Source of the DNA: a virus
Length of the DNA stretch: 64,000 bases
Reading direction: 5' to 3' (one strand)
IMG/VR virus record: IMGVR_UViG_3300022864_000001
Span: 52,029-116,028 of that record
Shown here: piece by piece, positions 1 to 10,591 of the stretch
How the letters are laid out: each line of letters opens with the position of its first letter
Position numbering within the stretch: position 1 is the stretch's first letter
Translations under genes and position numbers: made by a program
Notes under the pieces: generated by a model
Database searches by the model: none
What the model was told of the DNA's origin: nothing
What the model saw: the letters and a program-made list of their open reading frames with translations, nothing else

Positions 1-2458
1 GCGCGTTGCTTTGGCCAGTGGTGTAGCGTCCTGCCCAGTAACCAACTGCCGTGTTGAGATGGCCCGCTACCACCCTAGAGAGGGCACTATCACCGACGCC
101 GATGTTGAAACCCCCCGTGGTAACTGCGCCCAGACTATTAGCCCCAATCCCGATATTGTAGGTTCCAGAGCTTACCGAGTCCAGGGCGTGAAAGCCCACT
201 GCAACGTTGTTATCTCCAGTCATGCCGCCTGCATCGCCGTACAATGCGGACACGCCCAGGGCGACGCAGGAGTCTGCTGTCGTTAGATAGTAGCCCGCCT
301 TGAACCCCATTAGGACATTCTGCAGGCCCGTTGTCAAGGAGTAACCAGCGTTGGTCCCCGCGGCTATGTTTTGATGGCCCGTTGTCACTGCGTAGAGGGC
401 CTGATAGCCCAGCCCTACGTTCCCATCGCCGGCCATCCCCCCCGCATCGCCATATATAGCTTGATAACCGACGCTGACATTGTAATCGCCAGTCGTAATG
501 TTATAACCCGCATCAGTCCCGAATAGCGTGTTATACGTCCCTGTGCTAAGATTGTCTCCGGCATCAGCTCCTATAAGAGCATTGCTGCTTGCCCCACCAA
601 CCTCCATAATTTTGGTGGCCCCGTCAAACATTTCGATGTTGGTAGCAGACAACTTTATGTATTTATCAGATTGGTCTCCAAGGTAAACGACACTGCCTAT
701 AAATTGGCCGCGCACGACATCGCCGCTGTCCAGGAAGCGTATGCCATTCGTGGAGTCAATGGTCATATAGTCATCTACGCTGTACTGTCCTAAACCTACA
801 CCAAACGTAGACCCTGTATAGCCGTAGTGCCCATTGAGGTCGCCCATCGCGGCCATCTCCAGGCCACCCTGGACTATGATAAGTTTACCTGCTGGTGGAG
901 TCTTGGTAGTATCCAGCCCCAGAATAACCCCCGTGGCGCTTCCATAGGACGGATTCCAGCTAAACCCGCTTGGCAAGTCTGCTGCTACTATGAGCGTGCC
1001 ACCATATATTGCACTGGCTTCCTCTACGCCCACATTTCCGCCAGGGGGTAGTCCTACGACGGCGTTGTCATGCCACCCTGCGCCGCCCGATATTCCCCCT
1101 GTTCCCGCATCGCCGCGGGTCATGTCTCGCAATAACTCACCGAGGCTTGGTTGGAACTCAGCAAACGTAACAGAATGTTCTACCCCCCGCCTGCTGGGGC
1201 GTGTAGTGACTGTCTGTGTTACATAAGTATCGCCGCCACATCCTCCATATCCACATCCGCCAACGCCAGCGCCCCTGTCTGCGTCTAGCCCTATAGCTGT
1301 GCATGTTATCCCCAACGCCTCGCCAGAACCCAGGCCGTAGCGTTCTACGTTGACCCTGCCAGTGCGCCTGCGTATGGAATGTTCAGATAGATACGCATCG
1401 CCGTAAGCCTCGGCTTCCTCTACCGTGCTAATATCGCGATTGACTACGACGCGTGTTATTACTCGCCCGTAGTATGTCTGGCTGTTAACAGCATTGCGTG
1501 TGACAGCAACGGGTTGCCGATAAGTGTACTTGACGACGATGTTATTGACACCAACGGCAGGAGGGTCAGCAGCATCCCACCGGACTCTACCGCGATGGTA
1601 GTTGACCAATACGTCTACATCAGTGAATGTGTAGATAACGAAGTCTGTAGCCCATGTCTGGTGTGCGCCACCTACAGTGATGTTTACGATACTGCCAACG
1701 CCCGGATTGCTCAGGAAGAACTCTGCCTCTGCACCGTCGCCGCTGAAGGTGTCTGTCTGTATAGCTGAATCACCTTGACCGCCACGGACGATGACGCGAT
1801 TAACCAAGCCCTCTCCATCGTCTTCGATGCTCAGCGTGTCTTCTTGTGGCAGATACGACGTAGCCCAGTCAGGAGCATCGGTGTCTATCTCATACGCTGC
1901 CGAATCAGGTGTCGTGCCCTGCCAGTAATGCAGGTCCTTTGAGTAGTCAACGCGCCACTGGCTCCGAGTGCGTTTTGCTATTTGCTGTACTGCATCGTAC
2001 AGCGTGATGTTGTCGAATACGAATGAGTGTACGCCTACGCTTGCCGTGACATTGACGGTTGTGATCTCGCCCAGATAGGTAGTGAATAAATCGTCTAGTA
2101 CGGCCTCGTCAGTCTGGTCGGTGTAGTCCGAGTCAACCACTACCGTCTTTAAGAGTACCCCATAGTCCTGGCAGTATAGTGTTGCTCGTTGCTGCGAGAT
2201 GCTTTTAGCGGCTTGGCGTTTCAGGCGCGTGCAGTATCCAGCAAACGCGCGTGTTGCGCCCTCGTCGACCACGACCACTTCCTGCCACAAGTCTACCCGT
2301 GGCATCGTGCCGTCAGCGTCCTCTAGGACGAAATCCGCGACGTCGATTTCATGTGTTAGGGCACTCGTCATCTTTAATGAGTCGTGGACGAGATATGAAG
2401 AAACGTCATTCCCGCCAACGCTGATTCCAAAAACGTGCGCACTGTCAAGCACGGTCAT
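1..2458 (-). CDS. Tail tip / baseplate-hub protein with C-terminal beta-roll fibre repeats (partial, runs off the window)
   Basis: Manual translation from ATG 2458: MTVLDSAHVFGISVGGNDVSSYLVHDSLKMTSALTHEIDVADF...CQDYGVLL...WRVDYSKDLHYW. The distal part has NxAxGxxA repeats (GDYNVSVGYQA, GNVGLGYQALY, NNVAVGFHAL). It directly follows the tape measure gene. Its absence from the ORF track is consistent with no in-window stop. Confidence 0.8.
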   Translation of the reverse strand, partial: MTVLDSAHVFGISVGGNDVSSYLVHDSLKMTSALTHEIDVADFVLEDADGTMPRVDLWQEVVVVDEGATRAFAGYCTRLKRQAAKSISQQRATLYCQDYGVLLKTVVVDSDYTDQTDEAVLDDLFTTYLGEITTVNVTASVGVHSFVFDNITLYDAVQQIAKRTRSQWRVDYSKDLHYWQGTTPDSAAYEIDTDAPDWATSYLPQEDTLSIEDDGEGLVNRVIVRGGQGDSAIQTDTFSGDGAEAEFFLSNPGVGSIVNITVGGAHQTWATDFVIYTFTDVDVLVNYHRGRVRWDAADPPAVGVNNIVVKYTYRQPVAVTRNAVNSQTYYGRVITRVVVNRDISTVEEAEAYGDAYLSEHSIRRRTGRVNVERYGLGSGEALGITCTAIGLDADRGAGVGGCGYGGCGGDTYVTQTVTTRPSRRGVEHSVTFAEFQPSLGELLRDMTRGDAGTGGISGGAGWHDNAVVGLPPGGNVGVEEASAIYGGTLIVAADLPSGFSWNPSYGSATGVILGLDTTKTPPAGKLIIVQGGLEMAAMGDLNGHYGYTGSTFGVGLGQYSVDDYMTIDSTNGIRFLDSGDVVRGQFIGSVVYLGDQSDKYIKLSATNIEMFDGATKIMEVGGASSNALIGADAGDNLSTGTYNTLFGTDAGYNITTGDYNVSVGYQAIYGDAGGMAGDGNVGLGYQALYAVTTGHQNIAAGTNAGYSLTTGLQNVLMGFKAGYYLTTADSCVALGVSALYGDAGGMTGDNNVAVGFHALDSVSSGTYNIGIGANSLGAVTTGGFNIGVGDSALSRVVAGHLNTAVGYWAGRYTTGQSNA

Positions 2459-2479
2459 TGACAAACCCCTGTTATCATG

Positions 2480-5400
2480 CTACGAAATACCTGTCGTCCG
2501 TCGTATTTCGCGCCACAGCTCCTGCGCGAGAAGCGAAACATCTCTGTCATCCCTGATGGTCGTCCCGTTGAGGTTGATGGTAACGTTGGGGACAGATGCC
2601 ATCCCCCCCAGCGCCTCACTCTCTCCAATGCCCAACGTGGGCGGCAGGCCAAAGCCGGGTAATCTGCCCAGCCCCGCTATGCCGTGGTTGAATGCTGCTG
2701 TAGTATTGGCCATGTAATCTTCAACCCACTTTTCGTCGGGCAGCTCAGAGAATGGCCCCCACTCGGCAGGCGATGAGGGGAACAGTCCTGCTAGGGCTGC
2801 AATCTGCGCCTCGACTAGCCCAAGCCCCGCTGCTAGTCCACTTGCCAGTTTGTCCATGTAGTTATAACCAGGGTCCCACCAGGTGCTAGTGGCAGGCAAG
2901 TTTGAGACGCTTACTGCTGGTATTACAAAGTTGCTCATCATAGCCGCAATGCCTTGGTAATAATCTACAGCGCCAAACTTCAATCCGCCAGCCATGGCAG
3001 AGGCCAGCGCAAAACCCCAAGTATACCACTCATTCCACGCCACCGTCTTTGATGGCTGCACCTCTGTTTTAGTATCGCTCACTGCTGTTGTAACGTTTCC
3101 GAGATATTGGCCTATGCCAAGGGCCAGATTATCAGTATATCGTGCCCCTCGGTATTTCCAATCGTAATGGTCTACCAGGACACCCCCACCTGTATGCGGC
3201 ACTGTTAATTTAGTGTTAACGACACCAACTGCTGTTGAGACAGTAGTCGCTGAGCCTGATAGCCCCCCCGCCAAAGCAATGCCGTAGCCGGCCCCAGCAT
3301 CTGTCCATCCCTTCGTAGCGGGAAGAGCAGTTAAACCTCCGCCAATAGCGATGCCCACATCCGTTACAGCAGTATCTATATCTGTGTCCGCATCTCCCAA
3401 CCCGTCTGCAAGCGCCTGGAACAATTGCAAGATGAGATCAAGATATTCGTCGAGCGTCTCGGTAGATGGCAAGTCGGCGTCTGTTAGTGCCGTCAAAAAA
3501 CCCAGCGCGGCGGTAAGCCCCGTTACCATGGTCCCGATCTTCTCAGTAAACCATGTCACTGTGTTTACAGTATCAGGGCCGAGGTCATCGACAATCCAGT
3601 TGTTCATTGTCGTGATAATGAAGCCAATGGCGTCTGTGAAGTGGCTGACCTTCTTCTCGAACCATATAGGGGGTGTGTCGCCCTCAAACTCTGGTAACGT
3701 GGCATCAGCCAGCTTGCCAATGACGGTCAGTCCTGCCGACAGTGCCGTGAATAGGTTGGTCATCACACCACTGAATGTATCGGTAATGGTGACTTCTTTT
3801 GCGTCAAGCCCTTGGGCAAACGTATGCATATCGCCAAATATGAGATTGACTTGGCGTATGAAGAACCTGATCTTCCCATCGGTTGGGCTAAACAGGCCGC
3901 CAATACCACTTACCAGCAAAAGGGCTTCGTTGAGGCCAGTCATCAGTGCCCCTAGCGTGGTGCCAAAAGACGTAGTGAGCAGTAATCCCTCTGCCGAGAA
4001 GTTGGCGCCCGCACCTACGTATTCGCCCGTGCCCGTGAGCCACTGGTAGAAATGGTTGAAGATGTCTTCTACGTCTTCTATGAAGTCGTCTACGAAGGTA
4101 TCAAGTGGGCTGGCGTAGTAGCCCAAGTTTTTGAATATGTCCATTGCCGCGGACAGCCCGCCAAAGATGGCGCTTAGCGCAGTGCCCCACGCTATTACAG
4201 AGTCAAACTGGCTGGCTTCTTCCTCGGTCTGCGGATAGGTTGTCGTAATGTGGGTATAGAGTTTGTCAAATACACCCGTGGCCCACGTTGTAAATTCGGT
4301 CCATGCCTTGTCGGGGTCTACAAAGGTAGCAACATCGGCGGCAAGCGAGAGCGCCCCGCTCAGGCCAGACATGATGCTGCCCAGGGCACTACCCCAGGCA
4401 TTGACGAGGTCTAGCCCATCCTTCGTATAGACGTGTTGCCCATCGTCTGTTACGTGTTCTTCTGTGACCCACAGGTAGACAATGTCGAATATGTCCGTAA
4501 CCCAGGTAAAGAATGAGGACCAGATGGTATCGCTGGGTGCCGCCCAATCTTCGGACAGCGCGAACTCGGCGGCGGCTTGTATGCCTTGCACAAGCGCGGA
4601 TAGTGCGTCACCAAACGCGCCGACCAGGGCCATCTCTTTATCTGTCCATTCAGTTCCCGCAAGCCAAAAATAAAATGAGTTGAAGACAAAAGTGACCCAA
4701 TTGAAGAACTCAGACCAGACTTCATCGCCAGGGGCTACCCAACCTGCGGCCAGTGTAAAGTCGGCAGCAGCCTGCAAGCCCTGTACGAGCGAAGACAGCG
4801 CATTGCCCCATGCTTCGACTAGGGCAAACTCTGTTGCATCCCAGCCCCTAATCTCTAACCAGCCCTTGATTTTGCCGAGAAGTAACCAGACCCACTTGTA
4901 GAACGGGTCCCATATATCGGCGGCGGGCGCTGTCCAATCTTCTGCCAGCGTGAAATCAGCAGCGGCCTGTAATCCCTGTATGAGCGAAGATAGCGCGTCA
5001 CCAAATGTGCCGACCAAATTGAGTTGTTCCTCTGTCCAGCCCTGGCCCGTTAAGTACCCCAGGACTTTGCCGAAGAGCAATATAACCCACTTGTAGAATG
5101 GATCCCACACATCAGCGGCGGGGGCTGCCCAGTCTTCTGATAGCACAAAGTCAGCAGCGGCCTGTAAGCCCTGCATGAGTGAAGACAATGCGCCTGCAAA
5201 TGCGCCGACTAAATCAATCTGGTCTTTCGTCCACTCACTCCCGTCTAGCCAGCCGTAAAAGTCTGCGAAGACCTCTTTGACCCACGCAACCAATTTGTCC
5301 CATGCGTCTTCTGGCGGCTTCGTCCAGTCGGCGCGTAATTCAAATTCCGCGACTGTAGTCAGTCCCTCCATTAGTCTAGACAATGCGCCTGCAAATGCGC

Positions 5401-8400
5401 CGACTAAATCAATCTGGTCTTTCGTCCACTCACTCCCGTCTAGCCAGCTGTAAAAGTCTGCGAAGACCTCTTTGACCCACGCAACCAATTTGTCCCATGC
5501 TTCTTCAGGTGGTGGCATCCAGTCGGCGCTTAAGTTGAATTCTGCAGCCACCGCCAAGCCCTTCATCAGGTTTACAAGTGCTTCAGCAAACGCGCCAACA
5601 AGTTCTACTTCCTCTAGCGTGTAATCTGTTTCAAGCCAATCGTAGAACTCTTCAAAGACCTCCTGTACCCACTCTACAAAGTCATCCCATATATCTCCCC
5701 CTGGCAATGTGGCACTCCAGTCCTGAAGCACATCAGCAGCCTCAGCCAAGCCGCTCATCAAGCTACCAAGCGCATTCCCAAACGCCTCTACAATCTCCAG
5801 AACCGCGTCTTCTAGGTTTGCCCCTTTGCCTTCCCACTCGCCACGCCCGGCTATCCAGTCGTACAGTTTCAGGAACATATCTTGTACAGCGGTCATAAAG
5901 GCGTCAAGCGCTGTATCAGCAGGGGCGCTAAAGTCTTCTAGGCCCGTCAACACCTTCATTGCTTTGTCCAGGGCTTCGGCAATGGCCTCTAGTGTCTGGG
6001 CAAACTTGCGCACCTCATCGTCCAGTAGATATTCCGTGTCTTTGCGCAAAGCATCGAACTCTTCAATGATTTGCTTCCATGCTTTGCGGAAGGCGACCAT
6101 TTGCTCTTGAACGTCGTAGACGAGCTTCCATGCTTTCATCTCAGTGAGCAGTTTCATGCCCTTGCTTACTACATCAATAAGGGTGTCTAGATTTTCGGCA
6201 AAAGCCACAGCGTCAGCAAGCAACGCTTTGTCTATTTGCCGCGCTGCCATACCCAATTCCCTGGCTACGGTTGTCAAGCGCATAGACATGGCGCGGGCTT
6301 GTTGCTGAATCAATGGGCCTGGTATCCACTTTCCAAGCGCCACGAGTCCCTCTATGCCTGACTTCAGGAGGCCAACAATGCTTTCCAATCTCTCCGCGAA
6401 CTCTTTAGCATTTTCAACAGCTTCTGCGGGGATGGTCTTGGCGGCGTTCTTCAATTCGCGCGCCACCGTGGTAAGACGCATAGCAAGTGCGTGGGCCTGT
6501 GGCGCAATGGCCCCCTCGCCACGGACACCAAGTTCCCATTCGCCCAATTTGATTACCAAATCCAGCGCAGGCTTGATGCTCTTAACTATAGCCCCCACTC
6601 TTGAGGCAAACTCTTGGGCGTTTTTGACCGCTTCTGTTGGAATCGTCGTGGCGGCATTCTTTAGTTCGCGGGCAACTGTAACAATGCGCATAGCAAGCGC
6701 GTGTACTTTGTCCTCTATGCGCTTGCCAACCGTCCACAGCCCAAGTGCCGACACGCCATCTACCGCTGATTTTATAAAACCGATTATTGTTCCTGCGCGT
6801 TTGGCGAACGCCTCGGCATTTTTGACTGCTTCTTCAGGAATGGTCTTAGCAGCAAAGTTTAACTCGCGAGCAACTGTAACAATGCGGTTGGCAAGCGAAG
6901 CTATCTTGTCAATGATTCTTTCGCCAACTTCCCATTCGCCAATGGAGACAAAGGCCTTAATCGCATTGCTGATAAGTGAGAATACTGTCCCCATAGCAGA
7001 GCCAAATTGCTTGATTGCGTCATATTTATCTTTGTCAAAGCCCAACTCGCCCAGCTTGGCAACCATACTGCCAACGCTTGTAACAATGAGTACAATTTGC
7101 TCTTTGAGACGACCCCATCCCTCAGCAACGTCGGGCATTGGCACGGCATATTCAGCCAGTTCCTCAAACGCCTTCGACGCCTTCTCTACCATTGAGGCTA
7201 GTTTGCTTACCGTGTCAGCAGCAGCTTTGATGGGATCGGCTAGTTTGGCAGTACTGGTAGCGCCCTCGCGTGCCGAGCGCCCCATGTCGTCAATGCCATC
7301 TGTGAGGTCGTCTGCAACTTCTTGGCCTGCACCGAACTCGTCCCAGACGCCGTTTATGGCCTCGCGCGCGCCGTCTGTTAGGTTGTCAATCTCGGACAGC
7401 GCTGCATCCGTTGCGCCCTCAATTGAAGCTATTATCTTCCTGATCTTTGCCTCTGCAAGGTTGTCTGGCATGCCACCAGCTATTAGCGCCCGCATCATGT
7501 CGTTCAAGAACGCGTTCAGATGGTCTTTGTATGCCGTCATGCTGATCTTCAGCGTTTCCATGACGAACTTATAGCGTTCTGTAGCCGATGCCCCCTCAAG
7601 CACCATGCGGGTATCCTGCTCAGCTATCCAGAGCGCCATCTTCTGTTTGGTCTGTTCTCTGAGCTGGTTGCGTTCTATGGTATAAAGACCCTGTGTATGC
7701 CCAATCTTAACGCCCCAGAAGTTCTTGAGTGCAACATCTTGGTCAGCGTAGTTCTTGTCCAATATAGCCAGGCGGTCTATTGCGCCTTGGCTCACTTCGC
7801 CCGTGGCTTGGTTCGTTCCCCAGGCGATTATCTTGCCGCGTTCTTCTTCGTAGGATTGTAGCGAGCTCGCCAAATCCTCTTGCAATCCTACTTGTAGTTC
7901 AGCAATGGCAATCGCTTCTTCATCCGCCAGCGTCTGGCGTTCGTCTCTAGCTCCCAGGAGAATATTGTTATATTCTTCTTGCGCCGCAGCTAGAACCTTA
8001 TTCATTTCTATATGGGCTTCTGCTATCTCTTGACTGGTCTCTTCCGTCGCGACAGCATACCCCCTGGTAGATAGGCCAAGTTCTTCCATGGTGTCCATTA
8101 CTTCTTGGCTTACTATTACCACGTCTTCTCTTAGTTTGTACCATGCCTTACTAGCTTTGACGCCTAGCTCGTGGTCAAGCGTAAAGCTGAGTTCAAATAC
8201 TTTATCTCTAAGCCACGGTACGCGCTCAATGAGCAGGTCTAGATTCTTTTGATACTCCTTCGCTGAATGCGTGGCGCGATCCAGCCCGCCTGTCATATCC
8301 TCCGTTATATCGTAGGCTTTTCTCGCCGCGGCATCGTATAGTTCCCATTTCGTCATAAGGCCAGCGACCAGCGGGGTTAACCTCCCCGTTGATACTGCCA

Positions 8401-10207
8401 ACGCGCGGAAGAGGGGGTCAGCCTCAGCCAACAATCGCATTCGCTCGTCAAGTTCTTGCGGGGTTTCGCCGAAGAGCACCCAGCCTTGCCATCCGCGCTT
8501 TAGAACCTCCTGTGCCTTTGCCCACGCGAGCAATGCGGCCTGCATCTCCTCGGCTTTTTCGATAGCCATCTCTTCAGCTCTGACGGCTTCATAGAGAGCT
8601 TCTTCGAGATGCCGCGTGGCAGGGACAGCCTCAGTTTCTAGTATTCGGGTATATGCCTCATAGGTTCTGCCAAGTTCAATAGCTTTCTCTTGGGCCGCGA
8701 CAATGGCGCGTTCTTTCTCCTGTATGACTGTTATCAAGCCGCCAATCGCTAGTGAGAGGATGGCAATTATCGCGATTGGCCACCCAATAGCTATCCCGAG
8801 GCCCCCTATTGCGGTAGTGAGCGCCGGTATGGCAATCTTGACTAACAGAAGAGCGCCAGCCAGCGCCGTCAGTGCCGTAGAAGCAGCGAGGGTAAACGCT
8901 ATCATCTTTTGCCATTTGGGTTCAAGCAGCGTATATCCCTCTAGCACCTTCCAGATGGTATTGACAACCGCTTCCATTATGGGGATGAAGTGTTGGCCCA
9001 GTGCGTTGTTGAATTCTTCTTGTAGCCGGGGCAACGAGGTAACGGTTTTGCCAACAAACCCCATAGCGCGTTCATATGCCCCCGCGAGTTTAGCCCCCTC
9101 GCGAAGCACGGCGTTCAGCGCAGCTTGGTGTCGGTCGTGGACGGTCAACTCACCAACGATCTTGCCCTCTTGTTCTGCATATCGCGCATACTCGTGGTTG
9201 AGGTTAATCATAATGCCACGATTACGCAGAAGTCGAGTATTGAGCGTGGTGATACCGTAGACGAGCTTGTCGAGGGTCTCAGAGGTGTTTTCGTCGGCAA
9301 TGACTGCCGCGTTCCGTGCGACATTTGCCAATTCAGTGGCCTTGGACAGGTCTAGCTCATACTGTATCATGCGTATGAGCGCTTGGTTTGCGACCTGTGT
9401 GGTAGTGCCGAGGTCTTTGACGCGGTCGCGCAGTTGGTCTACTTGTTTGGCAGACTTGCCCGCATTTTCAGCAATGAGTTGTAGGACTTCGTTGGTGACT
9501 TCGGTGCGCGCTGCATACTTCGTAGCTTCGGCCAGGCCCTTCGTTACGACACCGGCGTAAGCTACCATTGCGGTGGCAGCGGCGGCGACCAATACTGTAT
9601 TCTGTTCTATGTATTGATTGAAGGTCTTGGTTTGTTCAGAGGCTTCTGCGAGGGCTTTGCTGTGGGCGGCGACGACGAAGTTGCCCTGTTCCATGACAGC
9701 CCTGAACATCTCCTCCTGCTTGGCCGTGGTACTGGCGTCGTTCCCCAATTGTCCCGTTACGGCACTGACGTCGATGAGCATCCCGTACTGGTCTAGGCCC
9801 GCCGATGTCAGATTGAGGACACTGTTGGTTAGCGTCCCCATTGCCTGGTCAGCGGTTTGGCTCGATATGGCCGCGCCTGCCATCGCGACATCAGTGAGCT
9901 GTAGGGCCTTGCCAAGGTCCATCTCCGCCATAGCAAAGCGCCCGACAGTCTGGGCGGAAGCCTCGGCGGATATGCCCGCTGCCTGCATTAGCCCCTGCGT
10001 AGTCGTCAAATGCTCTGCTGTAAGGCCCGCCTGCGTGCCGACATGTACCATAATGTCGGAGAAGGCGGTCTGTGATGCTATGCCCTTAACTGTGGACGCG
10101 GCAAAAGCCTCCGCAGACGCGGAGGCACTGGCCAGCCCGGCGGCATAGCCTTTTACATCGGCAATGAGATGGAGCGCTATTGTACCTAAATTTATTGAGG
10201 CAGCCAT
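2480..10207 (-). CDS. Tail tape measure protein (2575 aa)
   Basis: Very long Ala-rich helical ORF after the tail chaperones, with a TMP-type N-terminus, a hydrophobic segment, Trp-periodic repeats and a C-terminal VTINLNG motif. Confidence 0.95.
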   Translation of the reverse strand: MAASINLGTIALHLIADVKGYAAGLASASASAEAFAASTVKGIASQTAFSDIMVHVGTQAGLTAEHLTTTQGLMQAAGISAEASAQTVGRFAMAEMDLGKALQLTDVAMAGAAISSQTADQAMGTLTNSVLNLTSAGLDQYGMLIDVSAVTGQLGNDASTTAKQEEMFRAVMEQGNFVVAAHSKALAEASEQTKTFNQYIEQNTVLVAAAATAMVAYAGVVTKGLAEATKYAARTEVTNEVLQLIAENAGKSAKQVDQLRDRVKDLGTTTQVANQALIRMIQYELDLSKATELANVARNAAVIADENTSETLDKLVYGITTLNTRLLRNRGIMINLNHEYARYAEQEGKIVGELTVHDRHQAALNAVLREGAKLAGAYERAMGFVGKTVTSLPRLQEEFNNALGQHFIPIMEAVVNTIWKVLEGYTLLEPKWQKMIAFTLAASTALTALAGALLLVKIAIPALTTAIGGLGIAIGWPIAIIAILSLAIGGLITVIQEKERAIVAAQEKAIELGRTYEAYTRILETEAVPATRHLEEALYEAVRAEEMAIEKAEEMQAALLAWAKAQEVLKRGWQGWVLFGETPQELDERMRLLAEADPLFRALAVSTGRLTPLVAGLMTKWELYDAAARKAYDITEDMTGGLDRATHSAKEYQKNLDLLIERVPWLRDKVFELSFTLDHELGVKASKAWYKLREDVVIVSQEVMDTMEELGLSTRGYAVATEETSQEIAEAHIEMNKVLAAAQEEYNNILLGARDERQTLADEEAIAIAELQVGLQEDLASSLQSYEEERGKIIAWGTNQATGEVSQGAIDRLAILDKNYADQDVALKNFWGVKIGHTQGLYTIERNQLREQTKQKMALWIAEQDTRMVLEGASATERYKFVMETLKISMTAYKDHLNAFLNDMMRALIAGGMPDNLAEAKIRKIIASIEGATDAALSEIDNLTDGAREAINGVWDEFGAGQEVADDLTDGIDDMGRSAREGATSTAKLADPIKAAADTVSKLASMVEKASKAFEELAEYAVPMPDVAEGWGRLKEQIVLIVTSVGSMVAKLGELGFDKDKYDAIKQFGSAMGTVFSLISNAIKAFVSIGEWEVGERIIDKIASLANRIVTVARELNFAAKTIPEEAVKNAEAFAKRAGTIIGFIKSAVDGVSALGLWTVGKRIEDKVHALAMRIVTVARELKNAATTIPTEAVKNAQEFASRVGAIVKSIKPALDLVIKLGEWELGVRGEGAIAPQAHALAMRLTTVARELKNAAKTIPAEAVENAKEFAERLESIVGLLKSGIEGLVALGKWIPGPLIQQQARAMSMRLTTVARELGMAARQIDKALLADAVAFAENLDTLIDVVSKGMKLLTEMKAWKLVYDVQEQMVAFRKAWKQIIEEFDALRKDTEYLLDDEVRKFAQTLEAIAEALDKAMKVLTGLEDFSAPADTALDAFMTAVQDMFLKLYDWIAGRGEWEGKGANLEDAVLEIVEAFGNALGSLMSGLAEAADVLQDWSATLPGGDIWDDFVEWVQEVFEEFYDWLETDYTLEEVELVGAFAEALVNLMKGLAVAAEFNLSADWMPPPEEAWDKLVAWVKEVFADFYSWLDGSEWTKDQIDLVGAFAGALSRLMEGLTTVAEFELRADWTKPPEDAWDKLVAWVKEVFADFYGWLDGSEWTKDQIDLVGAFAGALSSLMQGLQAAADFVLSEDWAAPAADVWDPFYKWVILLFGKVLGYLTGQGWTEEQLNLVGTFGDALSSLIQGLQAAADFTLAEDWTAPAADIWDPFYKWVWLLLGKIKGWLEIRGWDATEFALVEAWGNALSSLVQGLQAAADFTLAAGWVAPGDEVWSEFFNWVTFVFNSFYFWLAGTEWTDKEMALVGAFGDALSALVQGIQAAAEFALSEDWAAPSDTIWSSFFTWVTDIFDIVYLWVTEEHVTDDGQHVYTKDGLDLVNAWGSALGSIMSGLSGALSLAADVATFVDPDKAWTEFTTWATGVFDKLYTHITTTYPQTEEEASQFDSVIAWGTALSAIFGGLSAAMDIFKNLGYYASPLDTFVDDFIEDVEDIFNHFYQWLTGTGEYVGAGANFSAEGLLLTTSFGTTLGALMTGLNEALLLVSGIGGLFSPTDGKIRFFIRQVNLIFGDMHTFAQGLDAKEVTITDTFSGVMTNLFTALSAGLTVIGKLADATLPEFEGDTPPIWFEKKVSHFTDAIGFIITTMNNWIVDDLGPDTVNTVTWFTEKIGTMVTGLTAALGFLTALTDADLPSTETLDEYLDLILQLFQALADGLGDADTDIDTAVTDVGIAIGGGLTALPATKGWTDAGAGYGIALAGGLSGSATTVSTAVGVVNTKLTVPHTGGGVLVDHYDWKYRGARYTDNLALGIGQYLGNVTTAVSDTKTEVQPSKTVAWNEWYTWGFALASAMAGGLKFGAVDYYQGIAAMMSNFVIPAVSVSNLPATSTWWDPGYNYMDKLASGLAAGLGLVEAQIAALAGLFPSSPAEWGPFSELPDEKWVEDYMANTTAAFNHGIAGLGRLPGFGLPPTLGIGESEALGGMASVPNVTINLNGTTIRDDRDVSLLAQELWREIRRTTGIS
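5183..5500. repeat. Near-identical ~120 bp direct repeat with 195 bp period inside the TMP (65-aa unit)
   Basis: agacaatgcgcctgcaaatgcgccgactaaatcaatctgg...aatttgtcccatgc starts at 5183 and at 5378; protein WDKLVAWVKEVFADFYxWLDGSEWTKDQIDLVGAFAGALS occurs twice. Confidence 0.9.
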
Positions 10208-10243
10208 TTAACCCCGCCTATTAGCGGGGCCATCTGCGTGGCT

Positions 10244-10591
10244 CTATTCGTCTTGCTTTTTGACAATTTGCACCAACCCTGGCATTCCGAGTGCTATGAG
10301 ACTAGCCGCCCCAGTAGGCAAGCCACCCGCTTTCCTCTTCGCGGGCGCGACACCACTGGCGAGGCGTTGTAGTCGCCGTAACGACCGCTTCTGCGCACGC
10401 TTCTCCTGGTGCGGAATCGCCGCAGCCTGTACAGCCGCCAACGTTTCCTCTGCACGCACAGCAGGTATCTGCTTGACGTAGGCCAGGAAACGCCTCATGG
10501 GCATTGCCATGATAACGGGGTCTGGATCGTTGTAGAAGCGCTTGTATCTAGCCAAGAGGTGGGCAACGTCTAGCCCACTTCCGCTTCCCCC
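10244..10591 (-). CDS. Tail assembly chaperone, frameshifted gpT-like part
   Basis: -1 frame relative to the upstream chaperone; open from the GGGGGAA site (GGSGSGLDVAHLLARYKRF...). Confidence 0.75.
   Translation of the reverse strand, partial: GGSGSGLDVAHLLARYKRFYNDPDPVIMAMPMRRFLAYVKQIPAVRAEETLAAVQAAAIPHQEKRAQKRSLRRLQRLASGVAPAKRKAGGLPTGAASLIALGMPGLVQIVKKQDE

Noticed and set aside
5183-5500. Repeat pair as a diversity-generating retroelement TR/VR
   Set aside because: Both copies are in-frame units of the TMP, and no reverse transcriptase is in the window.
3351-10148. Long plus-strand ORFs (3351..4049, 6354..7574, 8703..9260, 9618..10148)
   Set aside because: Antisense shadows of the tape measure gene with Ser/Ala-biased, motif-free translations.
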